Origin: Histomonas meleagridis 2922-C6/04-290x
Taxonomy: Eukaryota; Protista; Parabasalia
DNA: 64,000 bases
Reading direction: 5' to 3'
Assembly (NCBI GenBank): GCA_020184695.1
Contig: JAANOX010000275.1
Span: forward strand, 62,001 to 126,000
The notes below the pieces were generated by a model. That model saw nothing but the letters and a program-made list of their open reading frames with translations. It was not told the DNA's origin and ran no database searches. Shown here in pieces: positions 1-9,720 of this stretch (position 1 is the first letter of the stretch; the number at the start of each line of letters is the position of its first letter). The translations under genes and the position numbers were made by a program.

Positions 1-1101
1 TAAATCAGGAAATTCCATAATTTGCGGTATAAGGGAATATGAAGGATCAAATGAATAATATTGTGTCGAACGTGGATAATTTAATATATTAGAAAATGTA
101 AATGAAAGTGAACAAAATGATTTTGTTGAATGTGAATTTGTGATTTTTTGTTGAATTTCTTTCTCTTTCTCTTTTTCTTTCTCTTTCTCTGGAAATTCGT
201 TGTTCGATGGAACACGTTCAAAAATAGGTTGCTCTTCTTTAACATAAGGAAATTTTTCAGGTGGCGCAATTGGTGCTGCTATAAATGTAGTCGTATCTGT
301 TCGACTGAATGATGAAAGTTGATATTGTTCAACAAAATCTGGTGAATAAAGTGGAAATGGTCGTGAAATTTGATACGCTTCAATATTTGGGGGTTCTGTT
401 GGAAGAGAATCCATTGTGGAAGGATTGAAGCTTTTTGGAAATGAACGTAAACATGAAATTTTGAGTGAAAGAAGTGAATGAAAATTAAAAACAGATTTTT
501 CGTAGGAAGAATTTTGAAGAGTTTCAAAAAAATCTGTTGATATTGTACTAAGATATTGAGAAAGTTGCTGAAGACGAGTTGAAACTCGATGTTGGATAAG
601 AATACACGAAACAATCATTTTGAAATTAGAGAGATGTGATATTCTTGAATTAAAATTGGTGTTTTGAAGGGGATTAAATGTTGGAATTTGTTCACTATTT
701 ACAAAATTAGCAGGTGTGGGATCTGACTCTGTTTTAGACCGTGAAATCGTTTTTCGAATTTCGGTTTCTTTAACGCGTTCAAATAAGGAATTACGTGTGT
801 TTAATATTTCTGAAATCGTTTCCGGTGGAAGAAGGGGTTCAACTGGAGAATTAGAAGACTTTAATTCTTTGGTTCGAATTTGTAATGTTTTTTCTTCAAA
901 TGCCTTCATGAACAAAAAATATTTTTCTTTACGTGTCTTTTGTGAGAATGATGGAAGATATGGAAAAAGAGGTTTACTTAATGAAAAATCATCATTATTT
1001 GGACTTGAATATCTAGGTGATAAAACTGAACGTGTGCGTGAATTGTGAGTAACTCTTCTTATTAATATTTTTTCTTTGTTTTCTTCTTCTTTCTCTTCCA
1101 T
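1..1101 (-). CDS. Partial copy of hypothetical protein (duplicate of 9721-11112), cut by window edge, with indels
   Basis: Reverse complement of 9721-10824; ATG at 1101; small indels versus the intact copy split it in the ORF track. Confidence 0.75.
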   Translation of the reverse strand, partial: MEEKEEENKEKILIRRVTHNSRTRSVLSPRYSSPNNDDFSLSKPLFPYLPSFSQKTRKEKYFLFMKAFEEKTLQIRTKELKSSNSPVEPLLPPETISEILNTRNSLFERVKETEIRKTISRSKTESDPTPANFVNSEQIPTFNPLQNTNFNSRISHLSNFKMIVSCILIQHRVSTRLQQLSQYLSTISTDFFETLQNSSYEKSVFNFHSLLSLKISCLRSFPKSFNPSTMDSLPTEPPNIEAYQISRPFPLYSPDFVEQYQLSSFSRTDTTTFIAAPIAPPEKFPYVKEEQPIFERVPSNNEFPEKEKEKEKEKEIQQKITNSHSTKSFCSLSFTFSNILNYPRSTQYYSFDPSYSLIPQIMEFPDL

Positions 1102-1164
1102 AACGTAATAAAAAAAAAAAAAGGTCCACTTTTTGATATTCCACTTTTTAAAACACAATTTAAA

Positions 1165-1662
1165 ATGGAAGAAAATGAACAATTATCTAATTCAAATTGG
1201 ACACAACAAAGTGACGAAGCGTGGGAAATTCAAGATCATTCATTACGCCGTCCAAAAAATGCATTTCTTTTATTTACAGAAAAATTTCGATTAACTCTTC
1301 CAGAAGAATTTGAAAGAAAATCAAATGTTGAACTTACGAAAATAATCAGTCAAAAATGGAAAGAAATGAATGATGATGAAAAAGAACGATATAAGCAAAA
1401 AGCATCAGAATTATTTTCTGAGTTTAAAAATAAAAATCCAAATTATAATTACAAAAAGGTACAAAAAAAGAAGAAACTCAATAAAATTGCGAAAACTCTT
1501 TCAGAAAATCCATTACTTGAAGCTCAAATAGTTTCTGGTCAATTTGGTTCTGATGTTTTTCATTACCCAGTTGATCCAAATCTATTTTTTCTTTTTACTA
1601 TTGGAAACAGATACATTAATAGAGCGCTTCATGGGAAACCATTAAATATTTCATCTAAGTAA
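1165..1662 (+). CDS. Single HMG-box protein (SOX/TCF/MATA-like)
   Basis: RRPKNAFLLF...ELTKIISQKWKEMNDDEKERYKQKA...NPNYNYK matches the HMG-box pattern; basic tail KKVQKKKK. Confidence 0.85.
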   Translation: MEENEQLSNSNWTQQSDEAWEIQDHSLRRPKNAFLLFTEKFRLTLPEEFERKSNVELTKIISQKWKEMNDDEKERYKQKASELFSEFKNKNPNYNYKKVQKKKKLNKIAKTLSENPLLEAQIVSGQFGSDVFHYPVDPNLFFLFTIGNRYINRALHGKPLNISSK

Positions 1663-2050
1663 TTATCTAGATTATTTTGATTGAAAAAGAAAAGCACTAT
1701 TTTTAACTTAAAACATCACAATAATTAAATGCAATATATTCAGTCAGAACTTAATGCGAAAAAATGTTAAAACAAAAATATACTCCATGTTCCCAAAGCG
1801 TGGAGTAAAATTCAGTACAAAGTCCACTTTTGATAGATCTCATATAAAATTTCCTATCATATGTTGTAAAATTCACTTTTTGAATCATCTTATACAAATA
1901 ATTATTAGTTCACTCAAAAGTGGAGAAAGTGAATTCATCACAAATTTTGTATACTTTATATAACTCAAAATGTTGGAAAAAATGCCAACACCTCACATTC
2001 CATCGAACATCTATAAGTTCACAAATTTTAAATACTATAAACCGTTTTTT

Positions 2051-2633
2051 ATGAAAAACAAATTGTCAATTCAATTAATGCTCATAAAGTGCGTCGTTAT
2101 TGGTGACAAAGACATTGGTAAAACTGAACTGGCATATGTCTACAAAAATCACGAGCTTAACCACGATTATAATAAACGTAAAGTTACAATAGTTGAAAAT
2201 TATCAAATTGAAACTAATTTTAATAAGCATGACATAAAGATAAATGTATGTGACACATCAGGTCAAGAAGAATATGATAGGCTCAGACCAATTTCATATT
2301 CTGGTGCAGACGTTTTAATCGTATGTTTTTCCCTCTTTTCTCCAGAATCTTTTCGTAATGTCGATGAAATGTGGCTAAAAGACATTAGAGAATATTGCAA
2401 AGGAGTACCATACATTCTAGCTGGTTTTGAAGAATGACCTTATAGATAATATCTCTTCGGAAGAGATAATTACAAGACAACAAGGGGAAGCAATGAAAGA
2501 AAAAATTGGTGCTTATGGCTATATCGAATGCTCTGTTGATAAATACACAAGTGTAAACGAAGTTTTCGAATTAGCAATTCGGGCTGTCATCGCAAAAAAA
2601 GAAAAAAAATCCAAGGGATGTGAAATATATTAA
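2051..2633 (+). CDS. Atypical Rho/Rac-family GTPase, copy 1 (one 1-bp T-run frameshift near 2425, probably sequencing error)
   Basis: GDKDIGKT, DTSGQEEYDRLRPISY, LKND, ECS, polybasic KKEKKSKG + CEIY CaaX-like end; copy 2 is intact at this position. Confidence 0.8.
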
Positions 2634-2683
2634 AATTATACGGACCTTTTTTGAGCGAAGCTCAAAAAGTGTAGCTATAATTG

Positions 2684-2733
2684 AATTCTCAGAAAACTTT
2701 TTGATAATAATTTTGTGTAACAACTTTTTCAAT
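2684..2733 (+). repeat. 50-bp inverted repeat, left copy (partner 3494-3543)
   Basis: aattctcagaaaactttttgataataattttgtgtaacaactttttcaat is the exact reverse complement of 3494-3543; contains AACTTTTT twice (2695, 2722). Confidence 0.95.
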
Positions 2734-2746
2734 AGACCAGTGGTCC

Positions 2747-3265
2747 ATGAGCTACCACATGGATTTTAATAGTTTAATTCAAGCTAATGTATCTGTTGAA
2801 CAACAAAGGATTGCTGAAAACACACAAAGAACATATAATTCTAAGTTGCGTTCATATGACAATACAATGAATCAAATTTTTAATGCACCCGAATCATATC
2901 CCATTACTGAGAATAAATTACGTGCTTTTTTTAAATTTTATAGAAGTCAACACCCTCAAACAACCTATTCCTACCTTAAATCATTCGTCTCAGCTGTTGT
3001 ATCTTATTTAAGAAAAAATAACTTAGATGATTTTACGAAAACAAATAATTTTAAGTCGTACATGCTTGGCTTGGAATAAATAATGAAGGGGGATACATTA
3101 CCAAATGCGAAAAAGTATGTCACAATACAACTTATGATAAGACTTGCAAAAAGTACTAATCAAAATGTAAAAAATGAAATAGAACTTATGACAATTGAAA
3201 GTTTGTGCATTTATGGTTTTTTACGAATTTCTGAGGCGTGCAGATTCTTCATTTATATAACTTAA
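2747..3265 (+). pseudogene. Tyrosine recombinase N-terminal half, in-frame stop at 3077-3079, truncated after first catalytic Arg motif
   Basis: AENTQRTYNSKLRSY...TYSYLKSFVSAV resembles the core-binding (SAM-like) domain; the in-frame continuation has YGFLRISEA, the box I G-x-R-x-S-E motif. Confidence 0.75.
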
Positions 3266-3289
3266 TTCTTTCAATTTTGGTAACCATAG

Positions 3290-3385
3290 AAAAGGGGAAT
3301 AACTCTCTGGATTCACTCCAATTTTTTTAAGTTGCAATTTAAACTTTCTCCTAACTGTTCTATCACATAATGTAGAGACATTCAT
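3290..3385 (-). pseudogene. Inverted fragment resembling tyrosine recombinase segment preceding box II
   Basis: Manual minus-strand translation MNVSTLCDRTVRRKFKLQLKKIGVNPESYSP, like the helix-G-x-x-P-x-x-Y-S segment that precedes H-S-x-R; breaks where the His is expected. Confidence 0.55.
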
Positions 3386-3493
3386 GCTATCAGCGTTATA
3401 CTTCTATCCAAATGGTTGAGGCTGGAGATGCAATTACAGTAAAAATTTAATTAAAACTTAATTTAAATTTGTCCATATAATTTTTAATATGAG

Positions 3494-3543
3494 ATTGAAA
3501 AAGTTGTTACACAAAATTATTATCAAAAAGTTTTCTGAGAATT
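3494..3543 (-). repeat. 50-bp inverted repeat, right copy
   Basis: Exact reverse complement of 2684-2733. Confidence 0.95.
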
Positions 3544-4570
3544 AAAAAATATTTTTTGTAAAAAAAAATCTTTTTTGAAGGAAGCACGTCTCGGATCGGT
3601 TTTACAACCGTCACACATTGTCAATGTAACATCAACCACTTACTCAAAAAGTGGTATAATTGGTCATAAGCCATGCTACAAAAGACAACAATCATTCACA
3701 TGCTAAATAAACAACTCTCACATAAAACAGATTTATATTTAGATAAAGAAGTTAAAATATCTTTTCTGTACAAAACCAAAATGATGGAATAAAAATAATT
3801 CTTTTTTTAATATTTTAGAACGACTGTTTACATGAAGAACCAATGAGATTAAAAATTTGAGATTGTTCAATTAATTCAAGAAAAATTACCAAGTAAATGT
3901 ATGTTTTGTTGAGAATAATATTATAATAATTATCAAGAATAACTCGCTTAAATAATCATCGTGGCACATGTAAAAATCTCAATATTTTTTTTAATATTTT
4001 TAAATTTTCTCCATGATTTTTTTTCAAAATTATTAAACTTATTTAAAAGAACATTTTTTGAATTTTTCAGTGATTTAAAAACGTTCCTTTTTGTGGCATT
4101 TTCTCATATTATGACTGTTAATATATACAATAGAATTAGAAGTTGTAGGACATCCAAGTCTTTCCCATGTATTTTATTTTATTTTTTCCATGCTATAAAT
4201 CAGCTTTGTGCCAGAATATAATTTTCTTAAAATGTGATCTTTGTCGCTTATTTTTCTTCCGATGAAAATTTATTCCGCATCCAAAATTATTTTTGAATAA
4301 GCGAGCAAACGATAGAGATACGATAGAACATGTTTCTTTCAAATTCAGTTTTTGAATATTGATCCGATGATTATTCATTCATTTGATCCTATCGTTGAAT
4401 GACATTTATGGGTTCAATTAATTTTGCAAATGTTTTCAAGAAAATTCATACATTGTTAACTTAAAGCTTTAAGTTGATAGCATGCTATCAAAAAAATATG
4501 AAAGATGCCTTTAATAATCACGGATTAATAAATTCATTATTCATTTATTATGAAGTCCAAAGGTCGTTAT

Positions 4571-4578
4571 AACGGTTA
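4571..4578 (+). promoter_or_regulatory. M3-like core promoter element (AACGGTTA)
   Basis: Fits the Trichomonas M3 consensus DRCSGYTD, 13 bp upstream of the importin ATG. Confidence 0.45.
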
Positions 4579-4591
4579 GATTTCCAAGAAA

Positions 4592-7375
4592 ATGTTTCAA
4601 TATTCCAATGATAGCAGTGAGTTAATTGAAAACTTTAGTAATCTCATTTCTCAAGACCAAACAGCTCGCGAATCATCTGAAATGGCAATTAATCAAAAAA
4701 TGGTTGCAGATCCTATTAGATTTATTCATGCCTGCGGAGAAATTCTCAGTCAAGATGGCCACCATGCATCAGCCTATTTTTATGCTTTACTATTTATTGG
4801 CAGAAGTATTACTCCAAATGATGTTGTTAAAATAGAATCAATCAGAAATATTTGGATGTCTACTGATGAAGACCAACGAAGATCTCTCAAGGATGCTATT
4901 TTTCGCGGTTTAATGTTTCCAGATCCAACTGTGAATAATGAAGCTATTCAAGCGTTTTGCAAATTATTTAAGATAGAAAGGGAATTCATGTTCCCTGATA
5001 TTGATCGTTTACTTCATCTCATTGGTAGTCCTGAATACAACAAAGCGATACACATCAATGGTCTCAAAGTTCTTAATGAAATTTGTGCAGAAAGTCTTCA
5101 TAATATTATTGGTCAATATGGTGAAGAAGTCCAAGGGGTCTACACAAGGGTTTTTAATTTTGTTGGTGGTATTTTTGTTGGACTTCAATCCAGCATTAAT
5201 TATAACCTCGACATTTGTATTATTTTATGCGAAATATGCACGACACTAATTAAGTATGCAGCACCACTCTTTTATCCACGTGAAGTTTTTGATAAGTTTG
5301 TTATACTTGTTCAAAATTATCTCAATATGATTGGTAATAATCCAACGAATGAACAACTAGAATTCCATCGAAATTTAATCCAGATTTACACTACACTCAC
5401 AATGAGATTCTATGAATACGATGGCTTCAAATTCATCGATATCGGTAACGCTATTCTCAATTATCTCTTTGAAGAGACAAACAATGGGAAACTCCTCAAC
5501 ATCCTTGATTTTTGGATCGAACTCACAAAGTTTGAAATGAAGAAAGTCAAAGCAATTCAATTTAAACAAAGATATGAAAATTTATTAGAAGAACGTCAAT
5601 CATCAATTAAAACTTCATTACCACATATGAAAGACGCACGTATTCATCATATGAGAGATTTAATTTTACCAGTGCTTGGTAATCTAGTTCCTCGTTTAAT
5701 ACAAATGTTAACATTTATGAGAGAAGATGATCAACAACCAGAAGATCCAAACCAACCAACCCAAATTTATGGGAAAGCATTTCAAGTTCTTTCTAACATC
5801 TATGAATATCATCCTGATTGCGTATTCTCTGAGATTCAAAAATATTGGTCGCAGAATAATCCTCTTGCTTCTCCATATCCAGTTCTCCATTCCTTATTAT
5901 TAGCAATAGCAATTATTTCACGTCCACCTCAATCACCTCAACAAGGAAATGATGTTTATAACTATTTAACAAGAAATCATTTAGCTGAAGGTCAATTTTT
6001 TATTACCAAATTTTTGGTTCAAGCAATTGATCATCCAATTAATCGAGTATCAGATACTGCACTTTATGTTATTAGTTTGTTAGAAGAAAACTTTGATTTA
6101 TATATGGCAGAGGAATTTCTTCAAATTTTAATTCAACAAATGCAAAAGAATTTTATGAGACATCCTATTATTACAGAACGAGTTTTTTCAGTTGTTAATC
6201 AAATAATTTTAAGATGTTATAATTTTAATCATATATCACTATATGAAAAATTTTATGAATATTTAGGAAACTTTTGTGCAAAATTTCTAGATTTTTTTAC
6301 TCAAACATTTAATGCTCCACAAAGTTTATTACAAACATGTTCTTATGTAATGATAAATTTAATTAAGTATGCACCAGACAGTAAAAAAGAAAGTGTTGAA
6401 AAAATATTTAACCAATCAATGTCAACTATAGATAATTCTAAAGATTTTCAAAACGCGGGTAACAGCGCAAACTTTGCCCTAGTATCAGATAGTATTTATT
6501 TTGTTACAATGTGTTTCCATCGATTTCCTGATTATTTTCGACATTATGGTGTATCTGTAGCACAAAAATTATTAGGAATAATCAGGTTTAAAAATGTGTT
6601 ATTTGAAGAATGTTTATATGGTTTAATATCTATAATATCTTCATTAGGTGTCGAAGCAAAACAAATATTTCAGGAAATGTCCAATTGTATTGATTATGCA
6701 TTAAAAACTAGAAGCCCTTCAACAATAAATACTACTCTTGCAGCACTTGCCGAATTATATAGAAATATTTTAGTTGAAGGACCTTCAAATGAATGCGGTC
6801 ATGAATTGTTGGAAAAGATCCCTACAACATTCGAAATAATATCCAATTGTTTGGATAAGTTTAACTTCACACGTGAAATTAACGTTAAAATACTTCGAAG
6901 TTTCGCTAAAGTTATTAAAACTGTATCTCCTATCTTGTGTATTGAAGATAGGGATCGAATAATGAATATCTTCGAATCGTTCTTAAATACACCACTTAAT
7001 CTAAATGATAAAGATGATGGAAAATTCGCACCCGAATTATACACTGTTGTAATTAGAGGTTACGAAGCTTTACTATATACAGTTAAGCCAGAAGAATTGG
7101 ATAATAGAAAATTAAAGAAATTTTTCATTAATACACTTGTTGATAAAATATCAAATATGACTGTACAATCGTTCGAATGCTTAAGCGCTATACTCGATTA
7201 CTTTAAGACTTATAATGACGTTTTTGGAACAAAAGGAAATATCATATTAAATAGAGCTAAAAATTACCAATTGGTGCTCTTCGCTTATTGTTTATCTTTG
7301 CCTGGTAGAAGAAAGGATGAATTGAACTTAAAACAAAAAGCGAAGGAATTATTTGAAATCATGAAAAAGGCATAA
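4592..7375 (+). CDS. Importin beta-1-like karyopherin (divergent)
   Basis: 927-aa helical ORF; N-terminus follows the importin-beta N domain; ILDFWIELTKFE and LVPRLIQMLTFMREDD resemble GIEFWSNVCDEE and LVPILTQTLTKQDEND of importin beta-1. Confidence 0.7.
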   Translation: MFQYSNDSSELIENFSNLISQDQTARESSEMAINQKMVADPIRFIHACGEILSQDGHHASAYFYALLFIGRSITPNDVVKIESIRNIWMSTDEDQRRSLKDAIFRGLMFPDPTVNNEAIQAFCKLFKIEREFMFPDIDRLLHLIGSPEYNKAIHINGLKVLNEICAESLHNIIGQYGEEVQGVYTRVFNFVGGIFVGLQSSINYNLDICIILCEICTTLIKYAAPLFYPREVFDKFVILVQNYLNMIGNNPTNEQLEFHRNLIQIYTTLTMRFYEYDGFKFIDIGNAILNYLFEETNNGKLLNILDFWIELTKFEMKKVKAIQFKQRYENLLEERQSSIKTSLPHMKDARIHHMRDLILPVLGNLVPRLIQMLTFMREDDQQPEDPNQPTQIYGKAFQVLSNIYEYHPDCVFSEIQKYWSQNNPLASPYPVLHSLLLAIAIISRPPQSPQQGNDVYNYLTRNHLAEGQFFITKFLVQAIDHPINRVSDTALYVISLLEENFDLYMAEEFLQILIQQMQKNFMRHPIITERVFSVVNQIILRCYNFNHISLYEKFYEYLGNFCAKFLDFFTQTFNAPQSLLQTCSYVMINLIKYAPDSKKESVEKIFNQSMSTIDNSKDFQNAGNSANFALVSDSIYFVTMCFHRFPDYFRHYGVSVAQKLLGIIRFKNVLFEECLYGLISIISSLGVEAKQIFQEMSNCIDYALKTRSPSTINTTLAALAELYRNILVEGPSNECGHELLEKIPTTFEIISNCLDKFNFTREINVKILRSFAKVIKTVSPILCIEDRDRIMNIFESFLNTPLNLNDKDDGKFAPELYTVVIRGYEALLYTVKPEELDNRKLKKFFINTLVDKISNMTVQSFECLSAILDYFKTYNDVFGTKGNIILNRAKNYQLVLFAYCLSLPGRRKDELNLKQKAKELFEIMKKA

Positions 7376-8183
7376 AAATAAATAAAATTAAAATTCATTT
7401 TAAGTTAACGAAAAGCAATAAGTTACACTGTCGTGAAAAAACATTTTTTAAGAGTTTGTTAGAAAATAAAAATTTTTATATGAAATTTGTGTTCTCTCTG
7501 TTCAATGACAACGTGTAAGTCTACAAGCTTTTCTCATTAAGCTGTGACTGATCACTTAAAAATGCAAAAATGTTCTTTTTAATAAGTTTAATAATTTTGA
7601 AAAAAAATCATGGAGAAAATTTAAAAATATTTAAAAACTGTTAAAATATTTATTTATGATGAGCTGCTTCATCTCAAACCACCTTCATCTTTTAAAATTA
7701 TGAAAATAAATTCATTATAACCATTAATTTTATTAATTAATTTATATATTGAGATTTTACATGTGCCACGATGATTATTTAAGCGAGTTATTCTTGATAA
7801 TTATTATAATATTATTCTCAACAAAACATACATTTACTTGGTAATTTTTCTTGAATTAATTGAACAATCTCAAATTTTTAATCTCATTGGTTCTTCATGT
7901 AAACAGTCGTTCTAAAATATTAAAAAAAGAATTATTTTTATTCCATCATTTTGGTTTTGTACAGAAAAGATATTTTAACTTCTTTATCTAAATATAAATC
8001 TGTTTTATGTGAGAGTTGTTTATTTAGCATGTGAATGATTGTTGTCTTTTGTAGCATGGCTTATGACCAATTATACCACTTTTTGAGTAAGTGGTTGATG
8101 TTACATTGACAATGTGTGACGGTTGTAAAACCGATCCGAGACGTGCTTCCTTCAAAAAAGATTTTTTTTACAAAAAATATTTT

Positions 8184-8766
8184 TTAATATATTTCACATC
8201 CCTTGGATTTTTTTTCTTTTTTTGCGATGACAGCCCGAATTGCTAATTCGAAAACTTCGTTTACACTTGTGTATTTATCAACAGAGCATTCGATATAGCC
8301 ATAAGCACCAATTTTTTCTTTCATTGCTTCCCCTTGTTGTCTTGTAATTATCTCTTCCGAAGAGATATTATCTATAAGGTCATTCTTCAAACCAGCTAGA
8401 ATGTATGGTACTCCTTTGCAATATTCTCTAATGTCTTTTAGCCACATTTCATCGACATTACGAAAAGATTCTGGAGAAAAGAGGGAAAAACATACGATTA
8501 AAACGTCTGCACCAGAATATGAAATTGGTCTGAGCCTATCATATTCTTCTTGACCTGATGTGTCACATACATTTATCTTTATGTCATGCTTATTAAAAAT
8601 TAGTTTCAATTTGATAATTTTCAACTATTGTAACTTTACGTTTATTATAATCGTGGTTAAGCTCGTGATTTTTGTAGACATATGCCAGTTCAGTTTTACC
8701 AATGTCTTTGTCACCAATAACGACGCACTTTATGAGCATTAATTGAATTGACAATTTGTTTTTCAT
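8184..8766 (-). CDS. Atypical Rho/Rac-family GTPase, copy 2 (1-bp A-run frameshift near 8597, probably sequencing error)
   Basis: Same protein as 2051-2633; the frameshift is at a different homopolymer, so the two copies complement each other. Confidence 0.8.
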
Positions 8767-9158
8767 AAAAAACGGTTTATAGTATTTAAAATTTGTGAAC
8801 TTATAGATGTTCGATGGAATGTGAGGTGTTGGCATTTTTTCCAACATTTTGAGTTATATAAAGTATACAAAATTTGTGATGAATTCACTTTCTCCACTTT
8901 TGAGTGAACTAATAATTATTTGTATAAGATGATTCAAAAAGTGAATTTTACAACATATGATAGGAAATTTTATATGAGATCTATCAAAAGTGGACTTTGT
9001 ACTGAATTTTACTCCACGCTTTGGGAACATGGAGTATATTTTTTTTTTTTTAACATTTTTTTCGCATTAAGATCTGACTGAATAAATTGCAATTAATTAT
9101 TGTGATGTTTTAAGTTAAAAATAGTGCTTTTCTTTTTCAATCAAAATAATCTAGATAA

Positions 9159-9656
9159 TTACTTAGATGAAATATTTAATGGTTTCCCATGAAGCGCTCT
9201 ATTAATGTATCTGTTTCCAATAGTAAAAAGAAAAAATAGATTTGGATCAACTGGGTAATGAAAAACATCAGAACCAAATTGACCAGAAACTATTTGAGCT
9301 TCAAGTAATGGATTTTCTGAAAGAGTTTTCGCAATTTTATTGAGTTTCTTCTTTTTTTGTACCTTTTTGTAATTATAATTTGGATTTTTATTTTTAAACT
9401 CAGAAAATAATTCTGATGCTTTTTGCTTATATCGTTCTTTTTCATCATCATTCATTTCTTTCCATTTTTGACTGATTATTTTCGTAAGTTCAACATTTGA
9501 TTTTCTTTCAAATTCTTCTGGAAGAGTTAATCGAAATTTTTCTGTAAATAAAAGAAATGCATTTTTTGGACGGCGTAATGAATGATCTTGAATTTCCCAC
9601 GCTTCGTCACTTTGTTGTGTCCAATTTGAATTAGATAATTGTTCATTTTCTTCCAT
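9159..9656 (-). CDS. Single HMG-box protein, copy 2
   Basis: Identical translation to 1165-1662; ATG at 9656. Confidence 0.85.
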   Translation of the reverse strand: MEENEQLSNSNWTQQSDEAWEIQDHSLRRPKNAFLLFTEKFRLTLPEEFERKSNVELTKIISQKWKEMNDDEKERYKQKASELFSEFKNKNPNYNYKKVQKKKKLNKIAKTLSENPLLEAQIVSGQFGSDVFHYPVDPNLFFLFTIGNRYINRALHGKPLNISSK

Positions 9657-9720
9657 TTTAAATTGTGTTTTAAAAAAGTGGAATATCAAAAAGTGGACCT
9701 TTTTTCTATCACAATACGTT

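Larger units (their letters stand above)
2629..3547 (+). mobile_element. Decayed tyrosine-recombinase element, 912-bp insertion flanked by ATTAAAA direct repeats
   Basis: Absent from the matching site of the right arm (8182-8188). ATTAAAA at 2629-2635 and 3541-3547; perfect 50-bp inverted repeats 2684-2733/3494-3543; recombinase-like ORF remnants inside. Confidence 0.85.
1..4075. repeat. Left arm of large inverted duplication (pairs with 7551-10824; may extend beyond window start)
   Basis: Base 1 onward is the reverse complement of sequence ending at 10824; identical HMG, Rho and antisense ORFs occur on opposite strands; match fades near 4075/7551. This arm has an extra 912-bp element and lacks about 110 bp present at ~7640-7745. 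Confidence 0.95.

Noticed and set aside
716-1048. ORFs 716-1048 and 9774-10106 (and 81-269, 279-614) as separate genes
   Set aside because: They are the antisense shadow or frameshifted pieces of the 9721-11112 gene and its inverted copy.
1754-1963. Repeated CACTTTT/AAAAGTG motifs between HMG and Rho genes as a distinct repeat element
   Set aside because: They resemble ordinary Inr-like motifs with no regular spacing; the 69-aa ORF there is unsupported.
2420-2430. Programmed frameshifting or pseudogenisation of the Rho copies
   Set aside because: Each copy has one extra base in a different homopolymer (near 2425 and 8597) and the other copy is intact there; this is typical long-read indel error.
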